The translations under genes were made by a program, and so were the position numbers. This document shows positions 40,319-53,890 of a DNA stretch of 64,000 nt, in pieces. Position 1 is the first letter of the stretch, and every line of letters begins with the position of its first letter. The stretch is from Paramecium tetraurelia (Eukaryota), in contig CT868596.1 of NCBI GenBank assembly GCA_000165425.1, positions 310,001-374,000 on the forward strand, written 5' to 3'. A model generated the notes under the pieces. It worked only from the letters and a program-made list of their open reading frames with translations. It had not been told where the DNA came from and ran no database searches.

Positions 40319-42473
40319 TCATGCGAGTGTAATAAAAGTTTAATGCATAAATCGTTTAGCTAACATTGAGTTTATTTCTTCCCAATTGCCACTCAATACC
40401 GAATATCTTGAAATTAAATCTATCATTATACTTTTCAACCGAATCAAGAGGACCATTATCAAATCCTCCGAATACATAAATGTATTAATTATCTGGAGTT
40501 GGTAATGCTGAAAGTGTGCATCTTGGATGGATCATAGATTCAATTAAGGTCCATCTACCATCTTCATACTTTTCAACACTATTCAAATATTAAGTGCCAT
40601 CAAATCCTCCTATTGCATATATCCCATCTGGTAAGGAAACACCTGCCAAGGCTCTTCTTGGTATATTTAAAGGAGCACAATGACCCCATTTCCCTGAAGT
40701 AAACACTTCAACAGTTTTGAGACAAGTGTTGACTAATCGATTAATATCATATTTTACATTGTCCTCCAAATCCTCCAATGGCAAAGATTGCATTTTCATA
40801 CATGCATACAGCCAATTCATCTCTGGCCTCAATCATGGTTGGGAACTTAATCCAATTATTGTCAATCTAATTAAAACAGTCGAAATCTTTTAAATTCTCT
40901 AAAAAATTACATAATCCTACTTACCTTGACCATCATTGCCACCAATTACATAAATAAATTGATTAACATTCAATGTTCCGAATCCACTTCTGGATGATGG
41001 TAATTTTATTTTTGATGGGATAATTTTTTTATCTTTATAATTATACTCTTCACAAGTATCAATACGAACACCATCCACTTTGCCACCCATTAATAACACA
41101 TTTCCATTGATTAAATGTGCAATTCCAAATTTACATCTGTTATTCTTTAATGAATCTTTTTCGCTAGCATAATCTGTTTTAATATCATATTTTTCAACTA
41201 TTTATTTTAAACTATCAACAAAACCGCCTATTGTGATATATTGAAAATCCATAGACATGTGACTAACATTAGTCAATTCAGGTTCGAAATCTTGTATTGA
41301 ATTTAAGAAAGTGTTGAATTCTTATTTTGAGTCTTCCTAATGCATAAAAGGTGATTATGGATCCTAACTAACTTTTGATTAATTTTTAAATAATCTTCGA
41401 GGAGTACTATGATCTCTATCTTTTCTTCGTTCTACACTTTTTTCATAATTTCTTTCTTTCATCTGATTTCTGGCTTCTTAAAAGTTGGTCAATCTCACTT
41501 GATTAATTTATTTTTCCTCCACCTTCTTTTTAAGATTAATTTGGACAGCACAAGGCCCATTATTTTCACATAACGGTACCTTTTTGGATTGATTCATTTT
41601 TTTTTGTTGTTGAGATTACTGTTAAAGTATTTAATTCTATTATTGTTATTGATATTAAGCATTATAAGATTGTTACTACTAATTATTGTTAGTCTTTTTG
41701 ATAGATTACACTATTTTTTATTGAGTGGATGTAGTCTATTAAGTAGGTGGAGGAGGTAACACTTATTATTAATTGGTCTTTTTGGACAAAACCTTAATAA
41801 TGTTTTGATTTTCGTGTTCTTTATTTAGTTCTGGAAATTTGATGGCTTAATCTATTGTAACTATTGATTTCGGTAGTTTATTAATGAGTTTGGTTCGACT
41901 TTGGGTTGTTTATAGAAACTTGATAGGATCTTAAGACTTTTCATCGAGTTCCGAGAGTTCTTGCAAATAATCATTAATATCCTAGAGTTGTGTTTGCAGC
42001 TTTTATTGGTTTTGAGATATTTGCTATTTCTGGTTGATGAGTGACTGATTTAACTAAAGAGATAGGTGGGGAAGTGGTTTACTTGTTCTTGCAGTTTGGA
42101 TTCTCGTTCTTGAATGGATTGGCGAATTGAATTGAAAAATTTAGTGATTTCGATGTTGAGTCTTTGGTATTCGATATCGAGTTGGTCGTTCATTTATGCT
42201 AACTATTGAAATTGCTTGATGGCTTTCTGATGATTCTATTGGACATTTTCAGAGATGGAGTAGAATCTATTCAATTCCATTCGTAAACTCTAAATAGAGA
42301 ATAAGGATACATCTTCTAATGATTGAAATTAATGGCCTTTGTGACCATCATAGAGAATGCAGTTTATACATAACAAAGAACAATCATCCGAGCAGAATGC
42401 TAAGTATTTTTGTGGATATGGTACCTTCTATGTGTTTGATATGTTTCTGACAAATGGTTGACAAGGTACTCAT
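40319..42473 (-). CDS. B-box plus coiled-coil plus Kelch-repeat protein
   Basis: N-terminal CQKHIKHIEAFCSDDCSLLCINCILYDGHKGH (B-box); Kelch repeats IYVIGGNDG, IFAIGGFGG, IYAIGGFDG, IYVFGGFDNG. Confidence 0.85.
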
Positions 42474-42646
42474 TAATGAAGAATAACCTATATACACAAA
42501 AAATTCAAATATTTAATTAATAATATAGTTAACATATACGTTATCTTTTTTAGTTTTATCGAATATAAATTAATCCATTTAACAGGAGGAGTGTTGCATA
42601 ATTGGAGATATAATAATTTAATAATTAATTTTTAACAGAAACATTA

Positions 42647-42904
42647 ATGTCACTTCAAATTGTCAACTTACCAGAGTTTAGTTATAAGCCAAATACACAT
42701 CGATCATTGGATCTCGAAAACTTCTTCAAGGAGTTCGAAATGAAGTAATTTTTGGAAGAATGCAATTACTCCGAGTAAGAATTGTACGTTGAATGCAGAA
42801 AAATGAAATAATTCCAACAGAAACGCAAATTAAAACTCAACCATTACATCAATACTTATTTAGAGTCACCCTCAGTAATTAGTCCAGTTTAATTATTGCT
42901 TTGA
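42647..42904 (+). CDS. Small hypothetical protein (85 aa)
   Basis: Uninterrupted ATG..TGA: MSLQIVNLPEFSYKP...ESPSVISPVQLLL. Confidence 0.55.
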
Positions 42905-42944
42905 AGTGCAATTACTATTATATATATTCTACTTATTTATTAAA

Positions 42945-43624
42945 TCATTCCAAACTGATTCCTTGTTTTCTCAATGAATCCAAAACCAATTGTTCATAGT
43001 CCTCTAAAGTCACCTTACCATCCCCATCAGTGTCAGTCATCTGAATCCAAATGGTCACATCCTCCTTTGTTGGTTGATAATCGTTCATTCCCATGTGCTT
43101 GTAAGTTTCCTTCAATAACTCTGGCACCTATATTTCGTAAATACAATTCTGTTACTTCCTCCTCAGTCAAAAAATCCTGATCCATCTTTGTCCACAAACT
43201 TGAAGATACGTCTGGCCACCTCCAATCTTTCTTGTGCTATTCTTGACAACTTCTCTGGCACTCTCTTGACTGGTTAAGCTGGTGGTTGTCCAGAGAAATA
43301 CTTCTATACCAATTATTCAACATCCTCTGTGGTGAACACGACCAGTCGATTTCCCTTAAAATATCCATAAACTTACTATCTAAAATTGCCTAACAATTTG
43401 AAACATCCTAAGAAGTTGGATTGAACCCTTTATTCATTGCTCTATATGCATCTGATAACATCATGGCAATTTCATTTTATTCGATATACCCATCCTTGTT
43501 TGCGTCATACAATTCCATCACTTGTTTTGGCTATCTGTTTGCATTTCTCTGGCTCGAATACACCACCAAATTGAACTCTATCTGAGATTTGATAACCTGA
43601 ACTTCTTAACTTATTAGAATCCAT
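42945..43624 (-). CDS. EF-hand calcium-binding protein (TCBP-23/25-like), three apparent +1 insertions
   Basis: EF loops DANKDGYIEQNE, DRKSTGRVTTED, DKDGSGFLTEEE and DTDGDGKVTLED; frame breaks at about 43525-43528, 43335-43336 and 43169-43174. Confidence 0.85.
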
Positions 43625-43812
43625 TTATTTATTAATATCAATCTTTTTTTTATTAGAATTTTATTTAATAATCGTATACATCTTTATATATATTCTAAAT
43701 CTTTAAGAACCTATTCAGAAACCAAAAATACACACTAAAATAGCACTTCAAAGGTATGAATATATATTACTCATATTTATATATATATTTTTTTAATTTA
43801 AAAAGATATTAA

Positions 43813-44696
43813 ATGGTATTAAATGTATTGATATTCTTAGCCTAAAGCCGCTAAAACATCAAAAGCTAAGAAAATATAAAAAAGAGTTGCAGACAGAAAA
43901 AAGAATCCCTTATTTGTTAAAGATGCTAAAAATTTCAGAATTGGCAACGACGTTTAACCAAAAAGAGATTTATCCAGATATGTTAGATGGCCAAGATACA
44001 TTTTACTTCATAGATAAAAGAAGATCTTACTTTAAAGAATCAAAGTGCCTGCTGCTATTCATTAATTCAGCAAAACATTAGATAAAAATTAATGTAAATC
44101 ACTTTCATTTAATGTTATCAGCTTCAAAAGTCTTGGGTTTATTAAAGAAATACTCACCAGAAACAAAAACTGAAAAGAAACAAAGACTTACTAAATTAGC
44201 TGAATAAAAAGCATAAGCTCAAAAGGGTGAATCAAAAAAAGTACAAGTCTTGAAATTTGGTCTTAATCATGTAACTACATTGGTTGAAACAAAAAAAGCA
44301 AAATTAGTGTTAATAGCTTATGATGTTGATCCAATTGAACTAGTAGTATGGTTGCCCCAATTATGTAGAAGACAAGAAGTTCCCTTCTGTTTCATTAAAA
44401 GTATTATTGTTTACCATAACTTTTAGATAAGGCTAGATTGGGAGCATTAGTGCATTAAAAAACAGCTACTTGTGTAGCTTTGACTGATGTCAGAAAAGAG
44501 GATCAAGCAGAATTCGATAATTTAGTAATAAATTAAATAAAATTGTAAGGCTCGTGACTTGAGATAACACTACAATGAAAACCATGAACTTTTAAGAACT
44601 ATTGGAGGTGGACAAGTCGGAATAAAATCAAGACATCAATAGGAAGCAATAAAGAAAGCTTTCGAATTGGAAGAATTAAAAAAGACATCACAATGA
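43813..44696 (+). CDS. RPL7A: 60S ribosomal protein L7a (eL8)
   Basis: [52 protein letters not shown]; intron directly after the ATG. Confidence 0.96.
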
Positions 44697-44736
44697 ACAT
44701 CCTTACATTACAAAGTATATTAATACAGTTCATTAT

Positions 44737-45489
44737 TCAATAAAGAATTGTTATTCTGTCTTTAATGGTGATTCATTAATTGTTTCTTCTTTTTAAAAAC
44801 TTTATTGGCTTGTTGTAATTCTTTATAATGGATTGTAATCATCAAAAAAGATCTTATATCTTACTAAAATAATATACTATATATTTTATACATTTGTTTA
44901 TGTCAACTTAAGAAAAGACAAGTTTTCTCCTTTATGATGATTAAGTCTAATTTTAAATTCCATAAAATAATGGTTTTGCAAGCTTCTTCTCTTTATCCTT
45001 GTCTTCATTTAGTAAATATCTCCCTTTCTTATAGAATGGACTCTTTATTTCTGCTATCATTTCAGTAATCTGATGCTGAAACTTCTCTTTTTTTTAATCC
45101 TTAGCTGTGTTTTTCATATGAGGGCCATGACTTGGCTTCTTTGCTTCATCCTCATATTATTGTGTTTACATTTATTCACATTTTTATTGCTATTTCGTCT
45201 ATTAAATTAAGTTCTTAGACAATTTTCTGTTTTCTTCCAATTTCTTTATATAGGCATGGAAATTTTTATCTGATTTTAAACCTTTATTTTCTGAGTTTCT
45301 GATAAATAGGGCATAATTATGAATTCCCATCTATGTATATTGATTGCTGGCCACATTTTACTACTATACTAATTTAACAGAACTTTATCTATTAGGTTGA
45401 TGAGCTGTTTGGCTCCTTGAAGAATACAATCTATATGTCTTTATAGGGTTGTATGGATTGAAAGGCAGTTCTTCATTATTTTGAGTCAT
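44737..45489 (-). CDS. Hypothetical protein
   Basis: MTQNNEELPFNPYNPIKTY...; ends KDRITILY-TGA. Confidence 0.6.
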
Positions 45490-45995
45490 AATATATATTA
45501 TTATTATTAAACATAAATCAAAAATGTAATTTATCCTACCTCCTTTAAAATATACACCAAGTTAGTTTATCAAAATTATTACTCCATATAATTAAAAATA
45601 AGCGAATCTAAACTATTAGAAATGATACTTTCAGTAGTAAAATAGAAATGTCTTGAATAAATTCAAATAAATAGTCTATTAGATATAATAATCTAATTAC
45701 AAAATGAATCAAAACATAATATTTTTTAAATAATATTGATTACATTTATACTTTTCTTTTGTTCACCCTGTATTCATAGTAGGGATGTGAATTTTTATTC
45801 ACCTTTAATACTAATATAATAATATAATAAATTATGTATCCTTTATGAAAGAACTTAATTATTTATTACAAAAAATATTGTGAGAGTATCTTACATAGAG
45901 GTCATGAATTAGATGGCTATTTTAATAAACTTATGGTTCTCTTAGAAAGAAAAAGTGAAATTATTATTCATTCACATTTTATATTAATATAATTA

Positions 45996-47256
45996 ATGGT
46001 AATTAAAAAGACAGCCAAAAAGTAAAGAGTCTTACGTACATCTCAAGGAGTTCTAAAATAATCAAATAAGAGAAGTTGGTTTTATCAGCGCCACTGCATT
46101 AACATAATAACCAGGAAAGCTTTTGAGAAGACTCGGTGAAAAAAAGAAAGGGATGAGAGAATTAAGAAGAATCAAACGAGAAACATAAAAATAAACTAGA
46201 AAGCCAAAGGATAAGTAGCAAGAATAAATTGAAGAACAAGATGATGTGCTTGAATTACCAAATACATTCATTATTGATTCATTGAAAATATCACCTGAAG
46301 ATGAATAAATCTTATCATAATTTATGGTTGGAAATGATACTAAAACTAATTAAATTATTGAAGACTTTTAAAAAGGATTATAAGATGATGAAAATAAGAA
46401 ACACCACGAAAATATTATGAATAATCCAAAAGTAGTATGTGTCTATGAAAAGTAAAGAATAAATTAACATTATTTAGTGTTGCAGAATTAATGAAAACAT
46501 ACAGATCAGGTAAATTGCCATAACCATTCCATCTTATTCCCAAATTGGAACATTGGAAATAAGTGTTTGAATTAACCAAACCTTCAGAATGGTCACCTCA
46601 AGCAATCTTTGCAGCTACCAAAATCTTTTCATCTGCATTAGATAGATAACAAACTGAATATTTATACTCCACTGTTATATTACCTGCAATCAGATTAAGC
46701 ATTCAAGAAGATAAAAGGTTAAATGTCCACTTATATAATGCATTAATTAAAGCTATGTATAAGCCATAAGCATGGTTCAGATCAATATTATTCCCATTGT
46801 GTTTAGAGAAGGATTTTACACTAAAAGAAGCATAAATTATAGGCAGTGTTATTCATAAAGTAAATCACTTAATTTGATATTCTAGTTGCATGTTCCACCT
46901 ATTCACGGTTCAATAGCTATCTTTAAAGTTGCTTAGTTAGATTTTACAGGTCCAGTGGCTGTAATTTTGAAAGTGTTAATTGAAAAGAAGTTTTCTCTCC
47001 CAGAAAGAGTATTATTTTGCAATATTTTAGGCATTAGATGAAGTGATTAAATATTTTATGAGATATGAGAATGATCAAAGAGAGATGCCAGTTATTTGGC
47101 ATCAAATGATTTTGAGAGTCTGTGAGTTGTATCAGCTTAAATAAGATCATAAAGATTAATTAAAAAAATTAATTAATAAAAAGAAACATCATTTGATTAC
47201 CAAAGAAATATAAAAACAATTAAAGTAAAGGCACTAAAATGGATGTAGAAAAATGA
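45996..47256 (+). CDS. BYSL: Bystin/Enp1 pre-40S assembly factor
   Basis: YRSGKLPQPFHLIP, WSPQAIFAATKIF, LNVHLYNALIKAMYKP, MPVIWHQ, HHLITKEI. The terminal GTKMDVEK-TGA requires removing one A at 47227-47229. Confidence 0.9.
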
Positions 47257-47294
47257 TTATAAACTAATGTTCATATATTTTTTATAAATTAACG

Positions 47295-48280
47295 ATGGAC
47301 CTTAAATTAAAAAATAACTCAATCTTGTATCAATCTCAAAAGTATAATAGAGGATTTCGACTCCTAAGAAAATTCTTAGCATGATTTTGCCAATTATGTA
47401 ATTAGGCTTGTCTCTCTTGCATTGATTTACTAATTTTACTAATTTTTTTACTTGATTGTAGAAATTACAAATTGAAAATCCCATTATATTCCAAATATTA
47501 AAATAAATTAATGGCTCTTCAAAAAAGAACTCAAGATAGGAAACGAATGATAAAGTATAAAAGTACCAATATTCATACACAATATCCATTAACTAATAAA
47601 TTAATAGTAATTCAGGATCTCAATAAGGATTAATCAGGTTTATAATATATTCCACAAGACAAGGTATTTATACAAAGGCTAATTAATTTATTTAATTTGT
47701 ATGTAGAATCACTTTAAATCAAGACAAAAGGTAAGAGATGAAAAAACAAAAATGATTTTCCAATTCAGCGAAATATTGCATATATGAAATTATAAATAAC
47801 TTAAATAATTTGAATGGACAAGGAAAACTAGTAGATTATGGAATGGAGAAGAATTCTAAGACTATTTAATTACGCATAGATAAGATACTATAAAATCTGA
47901 TTTCTAGTATGTCTGTGACTTGACAATACCATCAGATTATCAGGGTTGAATATTTTATAACCCTGAAAGCTATAATGAGAATATCATTGAATTTGATGCT
48001 TACAAGTTTCAAATAACAGAAAATATAGTATTAAATTAGAAATATTAACAACACTAATTAGATTTGGCTTCACTGAAAGGACAATTCTTAAATCTAAAAA
48101 CAATTAGCGTTTTAAGTCAGTATCTATTTTAGCATAAAAAAGTAGATTGACTTGTGTATCCTATAATTATCACTTTGATAACAGTCATTTTATTGGTGAA
48201 TTGTGTGATCTTGGTCAGATTTCAAATTTGTAAAGATGGAAATTTGATAATTTAAGAATTCAAGAAATTCTATTTACTAA
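47295..48280 (+). pseudogene. Possible decayed gene
   Basis: About 1 kb with coding-like composition but TGA-interrupted frames; no product recognised. Confidence 0.25.
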
Positions 48281-48360
48281 TTCTAAGATGAATAATACTA
48301 TAATTGATGAATATAATTTTATGAAAGCATCTAAAAATAATAATAAAGTTAATAAATTAA

Positions 48361-50817
48361 ATGTTTGGGTATTACGTTTAACCAAGCTCACGAGAATTAA
48401 TAGAAAATCTCCAGACGAACATACAAAGTCCGCATTTGGAATTAGCAATGATTTCTCATCGATAAATGGCAATGTCAACATATGAGAGACCAAAAAAAAT
48501 AAAGAGAAACACAACCATATCAATATTCACGTACGGCAATCGTCTAAAGTAGTTAAAATATTGAAGGAGATTCTCCGGCCCATAAGTAGCAATAGAAATA
48601 TGTATCCATATTAAAAAGGTATTTTACAACAATAAGGATTACAATAAGTTTTATAAACTCATTAAAGGAATATTCAAAAAGAGAACGCTTTCAAAGAATG
48701 GATTCGCTATAATGGCATAGAGTTTCAATGATTCCCTTTTATCCTGATGATATTATTGTGATCAAATGGAAGTATTTTGTGGAATTTGTAACTTTTTTAA
48801 GTGTGATCATTTATCCAATTTATATTTGCTTTAACTTATTTGAGTAATTTGAGTTAACTGTTCTAATATTCGATATTATGTTTATAATAGATGTAATAAT
48901 GAATTTCATTACTGGATATATTGATGAAAACAACAACTTGATATTAAATTATCAATAAATATGTTAAAACTATTTAAAAACATGGTTCTTATTTGATATC
49001 GTATCTGCACTTCCCATTATTAGACATGTAGAGGGTAAGATGAAGTATTTTAAAATGATTAGAGTATTCAAATACTTTCTATTCAAGAGATAAATAACAT
49101 ATAAGGGGTAAAAGAATTACGTGAAAGTAATAGAAACATTTGATCCTCATGATGAATTTTAATTGAAGACCGGCACTAAGTATTTAATAAACGTTTTGAT
49201 CACCTCATGTTTATTAGTCCATATTTTTGGATGTTGGCAACACTTTTTCGATTAAGGTGATTACATAACGAATATCTATTGGGCGAGCTAAACTATTACA
49301 ACTGTAGGATATGGAGATGTAAAGACTGAACATGAATTTTTTATATTGTGGATGATAATCGGAGTGGCCTTCTATTCATTCACTATTGGAGATTTTGCCT
49401 TGATGATGGAAAAGTCAAAAGCAAATTAGGAATAAGAGATTTTATTTTTAGTAGAATAATTAGGAAATGCAAAAAAACTACCAGATAAGTTAAAATACAA
49501 ATTCCTATAATTCATAAAAAATAATATGATTCATAATCCTTTTTGGTCAGATGAATATAGATTAATGACCAAACAACTACCACATAATTTAAAATTATAC
49601 ATGTCTATTAGTGCAATGTTAGATTTTTGTAAGCAAATTCCATTCTTTCTTTATGATATCAACAACACTTTCTAGCTATTGATAAATATTAGGTATATGA
49701 TTGTAGAGGAAGGAAGTATTATCTATAGAGAAGGCCAGAATTCTAGTGAGATTTTCTTCCTTTTAGATGGTGACATAAGAATAATGACAAAGGATAAGGG
49801 ATTATTATTGAATATCTTGGAAGGGACTATGTTTGGGGAATTTGAAGCAATTGAAGAGAAATTGAGAGGTACGTATTGTATAGCTTAAAAAAAATCGATT
49901 TGCTTGGTTATTCCTTACAGAATATTAAGAAGGGCTATGGAATAAAGTGCAATATTGGATTTTGAAATAAAGTAACTACATCAAAGAAGAAGAAGACTTA
50001 TCATAAACAACTTTCATGAAGAAAAAAGTAAAATATTAGAAATAAATAAGGAAAGAAAACTGCATATAAAAGATAGCATGTTAAATTCTACACTCAGTCT
50101 TTCTTGTAAATGACTAGAGAGGAGTATTTGTTGGAAAAGAAGAAAAGTTAACTTTAAAACATGGAAGAGTACAATAAAATGATGTTAAGTAAACTGATTG
50201 GACAAAGAATACAAAAAGCATAGAATTGTTTAGTGAAATTCAAGAGATCAGTACATAGAGTTATTGAAATGAATCATTTGCTTGATGATACTATGCCAGA
50301 GTTATGGAAAGAATTGAATAATTACCAGCTTATTAAAAGAGTGTTTCCTAAGAAATACTTAAAATAAAAACATGAAGTTATCTCTTTATCTAGAAAATCT
50401 TCATCAGTTCATTCTCATTTGAGCAGATATGCAAATCTGAGTTAACAATGCTTTTTCCAAAAATTACCAGAAATAAGAATCAAACATTTAGTTCTCCAAC
50501 ATGTTAGACAAACAAGGAATAAATTCATCCCTTTGCATCAGTCTCTTAATCACTATATTTAGGAATATCAAGAACAAAGTCAATAGTTGTAATCCAAAAG
50601 GAAGGAAAATATTGAAAGATCTATTTGGAATAAAAAATTTACAAAAATTTCATAAACAGTGATTCTCAGAATTGATGAAATTCAAGAAAGTGGAAATAAA
50701 TACTTTGCATTAATGCAAAACATGAAGAAGATTGAGAAGCTCTGGTTGAAAGGCTCAATGTACAAATTTGAACTATTCTAATTGACTCATGGAAAAGAAA
50801 AGTCATTTCTGATGTGA
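48361..50817 (+). CDS. Potassium channel with cyclic-nucleotide-binding domain (EAG/CNG-like)
   Basis: Pore YWASQTITTVGYGDV at about 49277-49321, S6 VAFYSFTIG, CNBD 'IYREGQNSSEIFFLLDG..GTMFGEF'. Start assigned using a 22-nt intron. Confidence 0.9.
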
Positions 50818-50890
50818 ATCAAGTTTTGTGAATAATATTTGATTAAATGATTACGATGTTTTTATATATTAATGTACTTAAAAAGAACAA

Positions 50891-51535
50891 TCATCTTGCA
50901 CCCTTTCCTCTTCTTGCAGTGTGGCTGACATATGGCTTAGCATGTGATCCTGGTAATCCTGAAGCTCTGCCAAAATGCTTCAATTCTTCTCTGACTCTTG
51001 GTCCTCTCAATAAGATTGTTCCAGTGCCTTGAATATTAAATTATTTATATACCTGTTGGGTTTTATTGTGCTAATTGATCGAATGTCAAGACCTTTCCAC
51101 CGGCGGCAAGAATTCTCTTTCTAGCTGTCTCAGTGAATCTCAAAGCACACACGTTGATCTTGGGAACAGTGAGGAGACGTACACTAAATGCTTTTTTACA
51201 AATAATTACTCATCTGTGACAGTGCCTACAACAACAAGTGTTCTTGTCTTGTCTTTGGCTGTATTAATTTATTTAACAAGTCTGCTAACACTAATTGGAT
51301 ATCTGGCTGTTCTTGTTTATTAGAGTCTTCTTAGGACTGTTGCATTGAAATTTGAATCTGTTCTTCTGGCTAAGAATTTATATAGCTAGGATTTAAATCA
51401 ATTATTAAAATACCTTGATTAACAATTTCAAATAAAGGTTTGTTGAGGTCACCTTTCTTTAAACATTTCTTTGTACTCTTGTCTTCTTATATGCGTCAAC
51501 TCCCTAACATGATTATTAGTGATATTTGTTACCAT
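50891..51535 (-). CDS. RPL18: 60S ribosomal protein L18 (eL18)
   Basis: [63 protein letters not shown]; intron directly after the ATG. Confidence 0.96.
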
Positions 51536-51741
51536 TTTAAAAATAAATATATCTTTATTTAATTTATGTCATATATAACTACAATAAAATTATTCATCAA
51601 TTCACACAATGCTACATACTTCGCACCTATAATTCATTTAATTCACGCATCTCTTCAAAAATCATTCCATCTATACTAATTACCATCGACATTCCAAATC
51701 TTTTATTCTGAAATTACAATTTGTTTACTTTTTAATCATTC

Positions 51742-52641
51742 TCAAGAAGATGACCATCCTTCAATTATGACAAACTCTATTTGGATAGAAAATAATATAA
51801 TTTAATATTATTCCAATAAGGAAATGATCAATGACCTGACTTCGATCACACTCTATTAGGTTTCTGAATAATATTAAAATACTTATTTATAATAGATATA
51901 TTATTCATCTTGTATAAAATACTCCACCGAAATTTCTTGAGTATCCATTGTTTGTGCTCTTGGTATGATAATCATTATATACGAAGCTCGATTTTCCAAC
52001 TCCTGGGAGACGATTCCTAGATTGATAATTCTATTTTACACTGCAAATTCCTTGTTTTTTAATAGATTCAGTTATTTCAATTTATAAATGGAAGTCATCA
52101 ACTCTCTCTTTTGAAGTAGCAAATCAGCATCACTAACAATACTGTCTATAATTTGATTTCTGATTGTTGATTTTGGTACTTTATTGATTCGTTCATCAAA
52201 ATACAAACTATCCTTGAATTATTGAAGTGTCCTTTGCTTTTGAATGCTTTGAGAAGGAGTAGAACTGTAAAATTTGTGCTGTTGCTTGTCTTAAGCAGTC
52301 TTAGGAGTTTGATTTGATAGCCTGTATCTATTTTAAGTTACATTTCTTTGGTTTTGGGTTTCCACTTTGGGTTGATTCCTCTAAGAGTATTACTATTCCT
52401 ATTCAAATTGTTATTACTCCATCTGATTTTAATGGTTGCGATTTTCTTGTTCATCCTGAAACTCAACTTTCATCTATCTTTATGGCGACTGTAATTGTTG
52501 TGAATTAGATAACATTTATTGAGGTGCAGATTATTTGGGTATTTCTTACTTTGGAACATACACAGCAAATTTATTGTTGGTTGAATAGGGTTCATCCTGA
52601 AATTCAATATTTTTATAAATTGATTTGTTGTTGCTATTCAT
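51742..52641 (-). CDS. Hypothetical protein
   Basis: Open code-6 frame from MNSNNKSIYKNIEFQDEP; the short motif EFQDE occurs twice; 3' end approximate. Confidence 0.55.
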
Positions 52642-52694
52642 ACTTGATTATTTTATTTATTTATTTAATAAATAAATAATAAATAAGTTCCCCT

Positions 52695-53300
52695 ATGAAA
52701 TAAGATAAAAAAAAGTAAACACTTCTTCAAAACCCTAAAAATCAAAGCAAAGGTCCCAAACAACAAGTCACTTAGAAACTTCCTGATGACATGGTATCTT
52801 GTATTTTACCATATTAAAATTATGATAGGAATCAGAAATCAGAGACTGTTTCAATTTTTATGATCCCTCCAGAACAGGATTCATTAATCGTCAGAATATG
52901 AGATCCATATTGGGCAATTTTGGTTTTATCAATAAAACTGTAAAAGACATAGAAGAAGAAATAAGAGATGTTGTAGAAGAGTATTGTCTCCTCCTATTCT
53001 TAGAACTCGAGATAGCTTTTCATTGAAGGACGTTATATAATTGATTTCCAGAAAGTGGTTTGAGAATAAAGGCAGAGATGAAGAAATAGATGAAATTTAT
53101 GAATTGTTTGTTAGAAAGTAAAAGTAACTATTAAATCTAGGGATCGCAAAGTAGGATTACCTGAAATAAAGAATGTATTTGCTCAATATCTTGACATTCA
53201 AATTAGTGATGCTGACATTCTTGAATTCATCTAGGATGCAAGCAAGGATAAAGATGGGTTGACAAAGGAAGACATCGCTGCTAAAATGGGTTATATCTGA
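52695..53300 (+). CDS. Divergent centrin/calmodulin-like EF-hand protein
   Basis: EIRDCFNFYDPSRTGFINRQNMRSILGNFGF..EEIDEIYELF..SDADILEFIQDA; three short introns. Confidence 0.7.
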
Positions 53301-53315
53301 TATTAAAATTATAAA

Positions 53316-53825
53316 ATGAACTAAAGATAATTAACTTTATAAACATTTCTTCAAAAACAACATAATATCAATTTAGAATACCAATTACCAACTGCTGTCA
53401 CTACCAACTCTGTCCCAATATCATAATTATGGAGTGAAAAATATTGCTAAAAGGTCTTGAGAGTCAGCAATCTTAAAACTTTTTAATAATCATAAGAAAA
53501 ACAAAAAAGAATCACAGCACATATCAAAGTCTAAAAATTCTTTCAAAAACCCAAATTTGAGAAAGTTAATCAATAATATTAAGCTGCTGAAATATATGGG
53601 ATTAACTAAATTATAGAGGAACTTGATAAAGAAAGAAGCGATATTAAGGATTTATCATAAAGAATCACCAGAAGTGTCTCGAGAGAAGAAAAAGATGTTA
53701 AATTCAAGTAAAATAGGGAAAATAGAAAATAAGATGAATTCATCGCTTTCTTACACAAGAAGTTTTCATTGAAACCACTCATTAGGCCAAGAAAATAGAA
53801 AAATAATATTGATATTACTATATGA
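53316..53825 (+). CDS. Small hypothetical protein (169 aa)
   Basis: ATG..TGA, 510 nt, starting MNQRQLTLQTFL. Confidence 0.55.
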
Positions 53826-53890
53826 ATTCTTTTATAAACATTGTACTCATAGTATATATATATATCTCTAAATCAAATCTTTACTCAATA

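Noticed and set aside
42400..42424. Intron in the B-box first thought to be a stopless 3n intron
   Set aside because: Recount gives 25 nt, so it is an ordinary frameshifting intron.
47302..47589. 95-aa minus-strand ORF in the supplied track
   Set aside because: No recognisable motif, aromatic-rich composition typical of antisense AT-rich DNA, and called with the wrong code.
50847..51323. Plus-strand ORFs of 61 and 82 aa
   Set aside because: Antisense to RPL18.
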